Source of the DNA: Malacoraja senta | Taxonomy: Eukaryota | DNA length: 64,000 nucleotides | Direction: 5' to 3' | NCBI GenBank assembly: GCA_038087875.1 | Contig: CM075989.1 | Coordinates: 2,666,001 to 2,730,000, forward strand | Shown: positions 1 to 11,268 of the stretch, one piece after another | Position numbering within the stretch: the stretch's first letter is position 1 | Layout of the letters: every line of letters begins with the position of its first letter | Position numbers and translations under genes: made by a program | The notes under the pieces: generated by a model | Seen by the model: the letters and a program-made list of their open reading frames with translations, nothing else | Databases searched by the model: none | What the model was told of the DNA's origin: nothing

Positions 1-195
1 GGACGTCCGGCGGCAGGCAGTAGATAGGACTATTCTGTGGACTTTTGTAACTTTGTTGGTACCAGATGCATGGTGACACTTGTATACCGCCTCGGTGAGG
101 TCTGCTGTATGATTTTACCGGGTTGTATGGAAAACACAGTGTTCCACTGTACCTAGGAACACGTGACAATAACGTATCATTGGATCAATGAATCA
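1..195 (+). mobile_element. 3' end of a retroelement with a Rex1/Babar-type tail, truncated by the window edge
   Basis: Ends in ttccactgtacctaggaacacgtgacaataa plus short repeats, the same tail motif as at 60706-60740 and 10730-10770 (reverse). Confidence 0.5.
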
Positions 196-1054
196 ATGTG
201 TTGTGAAATATCAGCCATTTCACTTCAAGCTGATACCATTTCTCGGCAATCTTAAGGTCCTGAGCCACTAGCCACTGGCGGCTCCCAGGCTGTTCAGGTG
301 CTGTGCCATTTATGGAACGAAGAGGCAGATTGTTGACTCAGAAGTTCATAAATTCATAAATTTTAGGATCAGAATTAGACCATTCAGCCCATCAAGTCTA
401 TTCCACCATTCAAACATGGCTGATCTATCTTTCCCTCTTAACGCCATTCTCCAGCCTTCTCCCCATAACCTCTGTCAGCCTTGCTAAACAAGAATCTGTC
501 AATCTCCGCCTTAAAGAAATCCCTTGGTCTCCACAGCCTTCTGTGGCAAAGAATTCCACAGATTCACCACCCTCTGACTAAAGAAATTCCTTCTTTCCAA
601 AGGTATGTCCTCTTATCCTAAGGCTCTGACCTCTAGTCCTAGACTCTCCCACTAGTGGAAACATCTTCTCAACATCCACTCTATCCAGTTCTTTCATTAT
701 TCTGTAAGTTTAAATGACACCCCTCATCCTTATACATTCCAGCAAGTGTCGGCATAATGCGATCTAACTGATATAAATGTGCCAGGCCATAGCTCGCTGG
801 AATTGGCACAGGAACAAGTTCCTTCACTTCAGTGGAGAAAAGTCACTGCTAGAAACCAAAGTGGTGTGTGAGTGACATTTGTTTTTTAAATTAATTGTGT
901 TTCCTTTAATCTCTATGTGTTTTACAGACACTTTACTTTTATATGTTTTATGATATCATTGATATTTTATAGTTTTTCTCTGCAACTGTTAAATACATTT
1001 ACCATGTTGGTGGTTAATTGTGCAGCAGAACTAGTTGTCAAATGATTTTCAGCT

Positions 1055-1352
1055 TGGCACGGTGGCTGAGCGGCAGAGTTGCTGCCTTACTGCGCCAGAG
1101 ACACGGGATCGATCCTGATTACGGAGCCGTCTGTACGTTCCCTCCTTGACTGCATGGGTTTTCTCCGGGTGCTCCGGTTTCCTCCCACACTCCAAAGACG
1201 TACAGGTTTGCAGGTTAATTGGGTTTTGATAAAATTGTAAAATGTCCCTTGTGTGTGTGCAGGATAATATTAGTGTGCGGGGATCGCTGGTCGGCACAGA
1301 TTCGGTGTGCCGGAAGGCCTGTTTCCGCCCTGTATCTCTAAACTAAACTAAA
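1055..1352 (+). mobile_element. tRNA-derived SINE (HE1/V-SINE-like)
   Basis: tRNA-like head, central ggtttcctcccacactccaaagac block, tail cctgtttccgccctgtatctc(taaac)n. Confidence 0.85.
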
Positions 1353-2277
1353 TCTAATCTCTCCCATGGCCCAGATGTCTTCTGGTCAGCCATGCAATGA
1401 CATCACAATATGCACGGCCCTTTCCTAGTGCAGGCTAGCATTTAGAGTTAGCGGGATTTTCACCAAGGGTTGATAATAGCAGGTAGCAAATTGAAAACAG
1501 AAAATGCCGGAATTGCTCCATAAGTCAGGCCTCATCTGTGGAAAGAGAACCGGAGTCATTGGTTCAGAACAAAGACCCTTGGTCAGAATATTTTCAGCAG
1601 ATCACAAGATGGTTGGGAAAGGTTAGAACGAAAGATAGACACAAAGTGCTGGAATAACTCAGCGGGGCAGGCGGCATCTCTGGATAGAAAGAATGGGACA
1701 TTTCAGGTCGAGACCCTTCTTCAGCTGAGTTACTCCGGCACTTTGTGTCTGTCATCGGAGTAAAGCAGCATCTGCATTTCAAGGGGAGGAGGTTTAAATG
1801 GGTATGGGCCAAACACAGGTAAAAATGGTCAGCATGGACAGGTGGGCCAAAGGGCCTGTTTCCGTGCTGTATGACTCTATGAGTGTTAGGTATGATAGCA
1901 AGCTCCAGTAAAATTGCAAAACAGGTGTACACGCATTGGATGGTGAACATTTGTAACGTTGATGCTGAATCAAAATTGTTTGTTTAAACTCTGAGTCGGA
2001 TATAACTTTGTTAACCCAGAATATTGAAGGATAAGGGGAACAGGAATGATCACGGAATTGTACGAACTGCCGGAGGAGATAGTTGAGGCAGGGACTATTG
2101 TAACGCGAAAGAAACATTTCGACAGGTACATATATAGGACACGTTACGAGGGATATGGGCAAATGCAGGCAGGTGGGACTAGTGTAGCTGGAGAAGGCAG
2201 GAGAATGGGGTTAACAAGAAGAGATAGATCAGCCATGATGGAATGGCAGAGTAGACTTGATGGGCCAAATAGCCTAA

Positions 2278-2953
2278 AGGGGCTGTCCCACTGCGGCGAC
2301 CTAATCCACCAGTTCTGAAGAGTGTCTTCGACCTGAAAACCACGAGCTGGATCGACCGACCGCACACACACACAAACACATCGCAAAGGCGGGAGCCAGG
2401 GAAAGCAGGGGAGCGCTGTCTGAAACTCACACCCGCGATGAAGAGGAAGGTAAAAGACGGCTGGCACAGTTACGGTAAGTCCTTTAGAGAGCACAGGGGG
2501 GGGCAGATAAGGGGAGAGAAGGGGAGAGAGGGGGAGAAGGGGGGGAGAAGGAGTGGAGACACTTTTAAGAAGTATAATAAAGTTTAGAGGGCATTTTACC
2601 TAATGGTAATTTTTCCTTGGTCCTGAAACCTCCAATGAGCCAATCAAAATGCCCGGTCAGCGAAGGAGATTGCCTAGGGCTGCCCTCGACTGCCTGTAAC
2701 TATATAGCGACCCCACTTCACTGCACTACGAGTTAAAAAGAACCATGCCGACCAATTCTTACTCGTGGAAAATGTTTCAACATGCTGACCTAGCTGGGGC
2801 CGCGAATATTCGGGAACTACCCTCGAGCATGAAGGAGAGTTCCAGTGACCTCATAGGAACTCCTCGGACCACGTGTCGACCATGCTGCGAGTTTGAGTCG
2901 AGGGCAAACTCTTCTAAACTTGCAGATTAGGTCGCCGCAGTGGGACAGCCCCT
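2278..2953. mobile_element. PIF/Harbinger-type MITE inserted in a CR1 3' fragment
   Basis: 29-bp perfect TIR aggggctgtcccactgcggcgacctaatc at both ends; TAA TSD at 2275-2277 and 2954-2956. Confidence 0.9.
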
Positions 2954-3929
2954 TAATTCAGCTCCTGGAACTTATGACCTTGTGAACATGTTAGCTAGTA
3001 TGGACAAGTTGGGCCGAAGGGCCTGTTTCCACCCTGTATGACTGTGGGTCTATGACTCCGAGTTCAATTGACTACTCTTTACACTGTTCCACCACCCACA
3101 ATATAGTTTCATGAGGCTTTGTACAGTTTGAGATCAAGTCACGAAAATGTCACAACAGCCTCAAACCATTCTGGGGAGCTGTCTCCAGTTTACACGCTAA
3201 CAGCAGCAGCAAGAGGGGAACGTTCGAGGGGCAGAGATGGGACCGTTTATCCTAGTCGGCAGCTGGAGACCCAGTGACATGCTGAGCGCACTTGACCAAC
3301 GCCACCCGACGGAAGAGTTGACCTGAAGGCATTTCCTCCTTGACATGCGGTGACGTTGCACAGCTGTGCCCTCACACATCACCAGCCCCGGCTGCCGAAC
3401 GGCAGAGATGCAGAGTGCCGCTGAATGCCCCAAGACTCTTATTCACTCAGAAATAAAACTAGCGAGACACCACGTGCAGCTGCAGAAGCAGGATGAGACA
3501 GAATGGTAATGAGGCAGGGAATAGCATGAGAAGGATGGAACAGCAGGGATCTTCGATACCACGCAATGCACTTGCTCTGCTGAACTTTAACTCAGTTGCT
3601 TCAGTATTCAGAAATAGCAACTGTATTTGCAACATGGTTGGAGTCTACTTTACACAGCCCCATCGAGCTTCACAAATTGCTTTACAACAAGAGAGCTCTT
3701 TGCATTTCAGAAACAAGACATGTGGGATGCACAGTGTGCACTCATTTGCAAAACCCCCAAGGATGAGGCACTGTGCACTGAAACTTAGACACAAGAAACT
3801 GCAGATGCCGGTTTGCAGAAAAAGACACAAACTGTTGGAGGGCAACTCAGCAGATCATGCAGCATCTTTGGTGAACGTGGATTGGTGATGTTCCTGTCGC
3901 AACCCTTTGGATTTTAGTTTATTTTACTT

Positions 3930-4205
3930 TAGACTTTAGAGATACGGTGTAAAAATAGGCCTTTTGGCCCACCGAGTTCGCACCGACCAGCGATCCTCGT
4001 ACCCTAGGCACAATTTACAATTTTACAGAGGCCAATTAACCTACATACCTGTTGGTCTTTGGGATGTGGGAGGAAACCGGAGCATCCGGGTAAAACCTAT
4101 GCGGTCACGGGGAGAACATACAATCTCCGTACAGACAGCACCCGTAGTCAGGGTTGAACCTGGGTTTCTGGCGCTGTGAGGCAGCGACTCTACTACAGCG
4201 CCAAC
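3930..4205 (-). mobile_element. tRNA-derived SINE (HE1/V-SINE-like)
   Basis: Reverse complement of the recurring SINE; head-to-head with the copy at 4243. Confidence 0.8.
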
Positions 4206-4242
4206 GTGCAGCCGTTCATCAGACGTCTTCACGAAAACTAAG

Positions 4243-4566
4243 GGCGTCACGGTGGCGCAGCGGTAGAGTTGCTGCCTTACAGCAAATGCAGCGCCAGAGA
4301 CCCGGGTTCGATCCCGACTACGGGTGCTGTCTGTACGGAGTTTGTACGTTCTCCCCGTGACCGAGTGGGTTTTCTCCCAGATCTTCGGTTTCCTCCCACA
4401 CTCCAAAGACGTACAGGTTTGTAGGTTAATTGGCTTGGTAAATGTAAAAATTGTCCCTAGTGTGTGTAGGATAGTGTTAATGTGTGGGGATCGCTGTTCG
4501 GCATGGACCCGGTGGGCCGGAGGGCCTGTTTCCACGCTGTATCTCTAAACTAAACTAAACTAAACT
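4243..4566 (+). mobile_element. Full-length tRNA-derived SINE (HE1/V-SINE-like)
   Basis: A box tggcgcagcgg, B box ggttcgatcc, central conserved block, (taaac)n tail. Confidence 0.9.
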
Positions 4567-5331
4567 TACCAGATCACTTCTGTGCTTCCTCATTTTAACT
4601 GTGATCGGCCAGAGAGAAAATGAAATATCACTAGAATTGAAGTAATGAAGATTAATCAAAGGGCGCCAGGGAACAATGGGAGTTAACAAAGACACAGCAC
4701 AAACAAATGTTCTGTTGAACAAACACCATTGAAGTTGAGGGAGGGGGTGGCAAAGGAGCTTCAATGTTGTGGATAACCCACATGAAATAAAAAGCAATCC
4801 TCTGATCTATTGTTGCTCAAGATCTTTACAGAGGTTAATCTTTGTGTGAACCTTGAACTGACTTTCCCTGGAACCCAATTACATTGGGATCAGACACCTT
4901 GTCTTGGACTGTGAGTGCCTGACCTGTGGACCTTAAAATGAAAGAATCCTCTACTTGGATGCATTCTGTGAGCATCCCAAGAAGTGCTTTTATACGGGGA
5001 ATAGACTGGCCTCGCTGGCAACTGCTGTTTAGTTCTCAGTAAAATGAATCATAAATGCTCAACTATTATTCAAGAAGTGAGTTAACATCACATCATTACA
5101 TTTATTTGATGCTAGAATTATTGCTGATGATAAATGTACTGCAGTTTTTCAAACATTCTTTTCAAAGGGCTGGAATTTAACAACTGTTTCTCTCATCCTC
5201 AGATTTACATCCAAAACTGGAGTATAAAACTAGTGTCCTAGTTTTGTCTGGGCGCTCCAGTTTTCTCCCGCACCCCACAGACATACAGGTTTGGAGGCTA
5301 ATTGGCTTAGTTAAATTGTCCCTCATGTGTA

Positions 5332-6284
5332 ATAATAATAATAATAATAATCATTTTATTTACTGGCGCCTTTCTAAAACCCAAGGACACCTTACAATGC
5401 ATAGAATCACAAAAAAAATACAAAGCACATAATCGGAATAAATTAAATATAAAAACACCACAGTACACAAATCAAGGACAGAATTCAAATTCAATTTCAA
5501 GAGCACCAAAAGAAAATAAGAAACACAATTCACGACCAATTCACGCCAGCATCCACTCTCCCCTCCGACCGCCATCTTGTACACGGACTGACAGGCACAG
5601 GCACAGTCACAGCACACAAAATCATCCCCCCACAATGACCACCACTGTGGGGGAAGGCACAATGTCCAGTCCCCAACCCAGTTCTCCCCAGAGTCAGGCC
5701 CAATGAGGCCTCCACAGTTGCCTCTACGGAGGCCCGATGTTCCTGGCCGTCGGGAGAGTCCTCGCAGCAGCTGGAGCGGCCGGTTTCCCAGCGGAGTCGA
5801 TGGCGCCTGAAGCCGACAGGGCCGCGCCGATTTGGAGCCACGAGGCTCCCGATGTTGGAGTCGGCGCCGCTGGTCGCTCCGCAGTCCCGCAGCCCGGAGG
5901 TGTTGATGTCAGCGGTCACCGCATACCGGAGCTCCAACGCGTCGATCCAGCGCAGCGACCCAGGCAAGGCATCGCCCGCTCCGCTCCACGATAGCGTTCC
6001 AGCGCTGTGCCGCCACCGAAGCTGAAGGTGCTGGGCGGTCCCCGTCAGGAAACGGCGCTCCATGCCCGCTGGTAGGCCACGAGGACGGGTCGACGAGGCA
6101 GCCTGGAGAAAAAGCTGCCTCACCGACCAGGTAGGGACCCAGAAATAGTTTCCCCCTTACCCCCCCACATTAAAAGTCAAAATCCCCCAAACAAACAAAG
6201 AAATAAAAAACACTAAAACTAAAGAAACAGTGAATTTGACGGACGGCTGCTGTTTGGCAGCCGTTCCTCCAAGATGGCGGCTCC
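5332..6284 (-). mobile_element. ~950-bp non-autonomous retroelement with L2-type tail, inserted in a SINE
   Basis: Reverse-complement paralogue of 21122-22083; (ATT)n tail; 12-bp TSD ccct[c/g]atgtgta at 5320-5331 and 6285-6296; SINE sequence continues on both sides. Confidence 0.8.
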
Positions 6285-6959
6285 CCCTGATGTGTAGGAA
6301 AGATCTAGTGTGCAGGGTGATCGTTGGTCGGTGCCAACTCGAAGGGCCTGTTTCCACTCTGTATTCCTCGACTATACTAAACCAAAGGTAGACAAAAGTG
6401 CTGGAGAAACTCAGCGGGTTCGGCAGCATCTATGGAGCGAAGGAAATGAACCAAACCTCTTTAACTCTGGCTACTATTTAACATAGAGAAGAGTCTATTA
6501 CTGGAGTATAAAAGTCTAGACTGACACTCCAATACTGAGAGAGGGCGGCATTCTCAGTAGTGCAATCTTTCGCTTGAGATTTTAAATCAATTCCCCTCAA
6601 GCGAATGCAAACGCCCCCACGACATGATTACAAAGAATGGGGGAGCAAACACAATGCCCCGACTAATGCCCCTCAATCAACAACAGTACGAACGAGATCT
6701 GACAATTATATTAACGTTTGTGTGAGTATGCTCCTTCATTCTAACAATATGATAACAACAAAATTGCTTCACCGTTTAGTTTAGTTCAGAGATATAACGG
6801 GGAAACAGGACCCTCGGCCCACCGAGTCCACACCGACCAGCGATCCCCGCACATTAACACTATCCTACACACAAGAGACAATTTACAAATTTACCGAAGC
6901 CAATTAACCTACAAACCCATGTGTCTTTGGAGTGTAGGAGGAAACCGAAGAAAACCGCA

Positions 6960-7297
6960 GGAAACATGTTCCCGATGTTGGGGGAGTCCAGAACCAGGGG
7001 CCACTGTTTAAGAATAAGGAGTAAGCCATTTAGAACGGAGATGAGGAAATACTTTTTCTCACAGAGAGTGGTGAGTCTGTGGAATTCTCTGCCTCAGAGA
7101 GCGGTGGAGGCAGGATCTCTGGATGCTTTCAAGAGAGAGCTAGATAGAGCTCTTAAAGATAACAGAGTCAGGGGATATGTGGAGAAGGCAGGAACGGGGT
7201 ACTGATTGGGAATGATCAGCCATGATCACATTGAATGGCGGTGCTGGCTGGAAGGGCCGAATGGCCTACTCCTGCACCTATTGTCTATTGTCTATTA
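6960..7297 (+). mobile_element. CR1 LINE 3' fragment nested in a reverse SINE (6775-7420)
   Basis: Translates to CR1 ORF2 C-terminus (RTRGH...FFSQRVVSLWNSLP...FKRELD), followed by 3' UTR and (attgtct)n tail. Confidence 0.85.
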
Positions 7298-7959
7298 TCT
7301 CGGAGAAAACCCACGTAGGTCACAGGGAGAACATGCAAAATCGATACAGACAAGCACCTTTAGTCAGGATCGAACCTGGGTCTCTGTAACGTGGCAGCCC
7401 TACCGCTGTGCCACTGTGCCACCCCAATATGTTTGGGAGTTTGCTCTGCACAATTTGCCTGCCATTTCCCCTTAATTCTGACAAGGTGATCACGGCAAAA
7501 TTGCTCAACTAGCTCCTAATTATTCAGGATGTGTTAAAAAGAATCCTGATGCCTGTAAACAAATGTGCGGGTCAGCTGGCAGAGATATTCACAGACCATT
7601 CTCACTCCTCCAGTCTAAGATACCCACCTGCTTCATGAAGACCACTATCCCAGTGCCTAAGAAAGTTAAGGTAGTGTGCTTTAATGGAAAGGAGGTAATG
7701 ATCGACATCAGGAAGCATGATGTAGTACATGCCCCAGTCGGCATCAATGGTGCCGTGGTGGAAATGGTTAAGTGCTTCACTTTCCTTGGTCAGTGTGGAC
7801 TCTGTGGGCTGAAGGGCCTGTCCTCATGCTGTATCTTTCAATCAATTCACTCGAGTTGTCAGTGGTTACACAAAGGGAAGCACTGATGTACAGCACGCAT
7901 TATCAAGTAAATGAACCATGGTGTATAGAGGATACGCCACCAGAGATCAAAGACCCGAT

Positions 7960-8284
7960 GGGCAGCATAGTGGTGCAGCGGTAGAATTGCTGCCATACAG
8001 CGCCAGAGACCCAGGTTCGATCCTGAATACGGATGCTGTCTGTACAGAGACTGTACGTTCTCCCCGTGTCCGCGTGGGTTTTCTCCGAGATCTTCTGTTT
8101 CCTCCCACACTCCAAAGACGCACAGGTTTGTAGGTTAATTGGCTTGGTTTAAAGATATAAATATAAAATTGTCCCTAGTGTTTGTAGCGTGGTGTATGAT
8201 AGTGTTAATATGCGGGGATCGCTAATCGGCACGGACTTGGAGGGCCGAAGGGCCTGTTTCCACACTCTATCTCTAAACTAAACT
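7960..8284 (+). mobile_element. tRNA-derived SINE (HE1/V-SINE-like)
   Basis: Full head, body and tail match to the other copies. Confidence 0.85.
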
Positions 8285-8304
8285 TCCTCGTGACATATCA
8301 CGGC

Positions 8305-9055
8305 ACCCACCCCACTTCTCCATGGATTGTCACCTTGTCGTGGTGGAGAAGCTTGTGTGGTCCTGAGATCCTGGGAGAGATGGCATCTGGAGCTATGCTG
8401 CTGGTAGGGCCACCCATGGCGGTAAGGTCTCTGACAAAGAGCAATCCAACCAAGACCTCTACGGTGTTGGCCATCAGCGAGTCACGGCGGCAGGCAGAAG
8501 AGGGCTCTGCCCGAGCCTGCTGCCTGCCTCTTTTCCGGGGGTACGTCCGCGCCCGGGTGGGGTTAGAGAGGGACTACGCCCTGTCCAGGGCACCCTGGGG
8601 GATTTCCGGGACCGCTGGGCACCGCGGAGGGCTGAATCTATCTTCAATAAGGATTGTGACATAGTTGTATAGTAGTTTATTTAGTACATGTGTTTGTCTT
8701 GTATTATGGTGGTGGGTTCTGGTTTGTTTTATTGTAGCGTAAATATTATTTTTTAATAATTTAATAATTTTTTTGATAAATTAAAAAAAATTAAAAAGAC
8801 CTCAACGGTGGAACAGGCGGAGGATGATGGCTGACCTTAGTGGACCGTCACAACGGCTGGGAAGGCGGATGAAGGCTGCAGCACAAAAGGGTCTCCGGTC
8901 GTCTTGGACTCCATGCTACTGGATCCTCACCCAGTTCTGTCAAGGACCGTGTGGGGGCTGTCTGTGCACCAGTCTCCCCACGTTAAACAATGTCACGCAC
9001 AGGCGTCCTCCAACCCTAGAGACACCCATGGTCAGCCGTGACCGAAGAAGAATAC
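8305..9055 (+). mobile_element. RTE-clade-like non-coding 5' region, interrupted by a Tx1 insertion
   Basis: gtcaccttgtcgtggtgg...gggccacccatggcggtaaggtc...ctgacaaagagcaatcc resembles RTE/BovB/Expander 5' UTRs as recalled; ends in gaagaagaa; no RT ORF. Confidence 0.5.
8467..8795 (+). mobile_element. 5'-truncated Tx1 (L1 group) LINE 3' end
   Basis: LAISESRRQAEEG...CLPLFRGYVRARVGLERDYA resembles Tx1 ORF2 C-terminus; A-rich tail; 15-bp TSD aagacctc[t/a]acggtg at 8452-8466 and 8796-8810. Confidence 0.8.
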
Positions 9056-9311
9056 TCCATCACAATGACGTTTATGCACATCACCACATCCTCCTAATGG
9101 AGCAAGGGAGAAGGCAGCTTGACGGATTTCTTAAAGACAGCCACCCAGCTTGTGTGACAGCAGCAGTCGAAAGGCTGAATGTAAAATGATAAATCACGGA
9201 CACATCTGTATTGCCGGCTTCACAGTTACCGGCTAATATGCAGAGGTAATTTCCTCCAAGGTCAGATGCATAGATTTCAAATGTCTGGACTGGACACAAC
9301 ATATTATAATG

Positions 9312-9516
9312 AGTAGGGAGGAACTGCAGAAACTGGATGATAGACACAAAACGCTGGAGTAACTCAGCGGGACAGGCAGCATCTCTGGAGATAAGGAATG
9401 GGTGACGTTTCGGGTCGAGACCCTTCTTCTTCACATCTCACACCTATTCCGTACACCCATTCCTTCTCTCCAGAGATGCTGCCTGTCCCGCTGAGTTACT
9501 ACATCATTTTGTGTCT
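9312..9516. mobile_element. Fold-back Penelope-derived mini-element
   Basis: Inverted arms (gctggagtaactcagcgggacaggcagcatctctggag and its reverse complement); flanked by atattataa at 9301-9309 and 9517-9525. Confidence 0.7.
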
Positions 9517-9732
9517 ATATTATAACAAGGTGCAAGGAGAAGCATTTGAATACTAGTTCGATTTGGAGAGTCATACAGCACGGAAACAGGCCCTTCGGCC
9601 CAACTCGTCCATGCCAACCATCAAAGCTGGTCCTATTTGCCCACGTTTAACCCATATCCCTCTCATCCTTTCCTATCCATGTACCTGTCCAGGTGTCGTT
9701 TCATGTTGTTGTAGTACCTGCCTCGACCTGAG

Positions 9733-10002
9733 AGCAGCACGGTGGGCAGCGGTAGAGTTGCTGCCTTACAGCGCCAGAGACCCGGGTTCCTTCCTGACTA
9801 CAGGTGCTGTCTGTACGGAGTTTGTATGTTGTCCCTGTGACCGCGTGGGTTTTCTCCGGGTGCTCCGGTTTCAACCCACACTCCAAAGACATGCAGGTTT
9901 GTAGGTTAATTGGCATCTGTAAAATTGCTGCAAGTGTGTAGAATAGAACTAGTTGATCAATGTGGATTCGGTGGGCCGAAGAGCACTGTATCTCTAAACT
10001 AA
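9733..10002 (+). mobile_element. tRNA-derived SINE nested in a reverse CR1 fragment (9570-10430)
   Basis: SINE match; CR1 3' sequence (ctacctcc/ctctggca) resumes on both sides. Confidence 0.75.
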
Positions 10003-10491
10003 ATGAAATTCAACTCCCTTCTCTGGCAACTCGTTCCATATACCCACTGCCCTCTGGGTGAACAGGTTGCTCCTTGGGTACTGTTCAATCTTTCCCCTCA
10101 CACCTTATACCAATCTCCTCTCGTTCTTGATTCCTCTACTTTGGGTAAAAATAATCTGCATTCATCTGAAGAAGTGTCTCGACCCGAAACGTCACCCATT
10201 CCTTCTCTCCAGAGATGCTGCCTGTCCCGCTGAGTTACTCCAGCTTTTTGTGTCTATCTGCATCCATCTTATGAATTCCCCTCACGAAATGATACACCTG
10301 TATAAGATCACCCCGCACCCCTGCGGTCCAAGGAATAAAGCCCTATCTTACCCAACCTTTCCCTGTAGCTCAGACCCTCAAGTCCTGGCAACATCCTCGT
10401 AAATCTTCTCCGCACCCTTTCCAGCTTAGTTGCAGAGTTAGAGTGTTTCATCAGTTGGGAGTTAGTTAGAGAGCTACATCACAGAAACAGG

Positions 10492-10559
10492 CCATTCAGC
10501 CCAGCAATTCCATACTGACCATCGACCATTCAGCCCAGCAATTCCATACTGACCATCGA
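10492..10559. repeat. Perfect 34-bp tandem duplication
   Basis: ccattcagcccagcaattccatactgaccatcga occurs twice. Confidence 0.9.
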
Positions 10560-10724
10560 TCACCTGTTTACCCAAATCCGACATCAATTGCAGTTTGTTT
10601 TTGTGTTATTTCCCCCATATGTCTCCAGTGCACCAGCATCCTGCAGCATCTGCTCATTCGGGGGTGATATTGTTTCTCAACAGTTTCACTATTTCATTTG
10701 TTGAGAACCCAGATTTTTTTGTTT

Positions 10725-11268
10725 AGTTTAGTTCAGTTTCTTGTCACGTGTACCGAGGTACAGTGAAAAGCTTTTGTTGCTCGCTAACCTGTCAACGGAA
10801 AGACAATACGTGATTACAATCGAGCCATTCACACTGTACAGATACACGATAAGGGAATAACGTTTCGTGCAAGATAAAGCCAATAAAGTAAAATCCGATC
10901 AAAGATAGTCCGAGGATCACCGATGAGGTGGATAGTAGTTCTGCTCTCTGGTTGTGGTAGGATGATTCAGTTGCCTGATAACAGCTGGGAAGAAACTGTC
11001 CCTGAATCTGGAGGTGTGCGTTTTCACACTTCTATACCTTTATCCTGATGGGAGAGGGGAGAAGAGGGAGTGGCCAGGGTGCGACTCGTCCTTGATTATG
11101 CTGCTGGCCTTGCCGAGGCAGCGTGAGGTGTAAATTGAGTCAATGGAAGAGAGGTTGGTTTGTGTGATGGTCTGGGCTGCGTCCACAATTTACTGCAATT
11201 TCTTGCGGTCTTGGATGGAGCTGTTCCCAAGCCAAGCTGTGATGTTTCCTGATAAAATGGTTTCTATG
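10725..11268 (-). mobile_element. Rex1/Babar LINE 3' fragment
   Basis: Reverse strand encodes the HPGHSLFSPL.SG.RYRSVKT..SRFRDSFFPAVIRQLN-type motif; tail cactgtacctcggtacacgtgacaa. Confidence 0.75.

Noticed and set aside
4243..4320. tRNA gene
   Set aside because: A and B boxes are present, but this is the head of a high-copy SINE and lacks a complete cloverleaf.
4041..4535. Recurring ORFs with PINLQTCTSLECGRKP or WRSGRVAALQRQRPGFDPDYG as a gene family
   Set aside because: These are translations of the SINE; frames and stops vary between copies.
5530..6123. 197-aa ORF, and the overlapping 205-aa ORF at 21281-21898
   Set aside because: Both lie in a GC-rich repeat. The 197-aa ORF has a non-ATG start and is split by a frameshift in the paralogue, and neither shows a recognisable domain.
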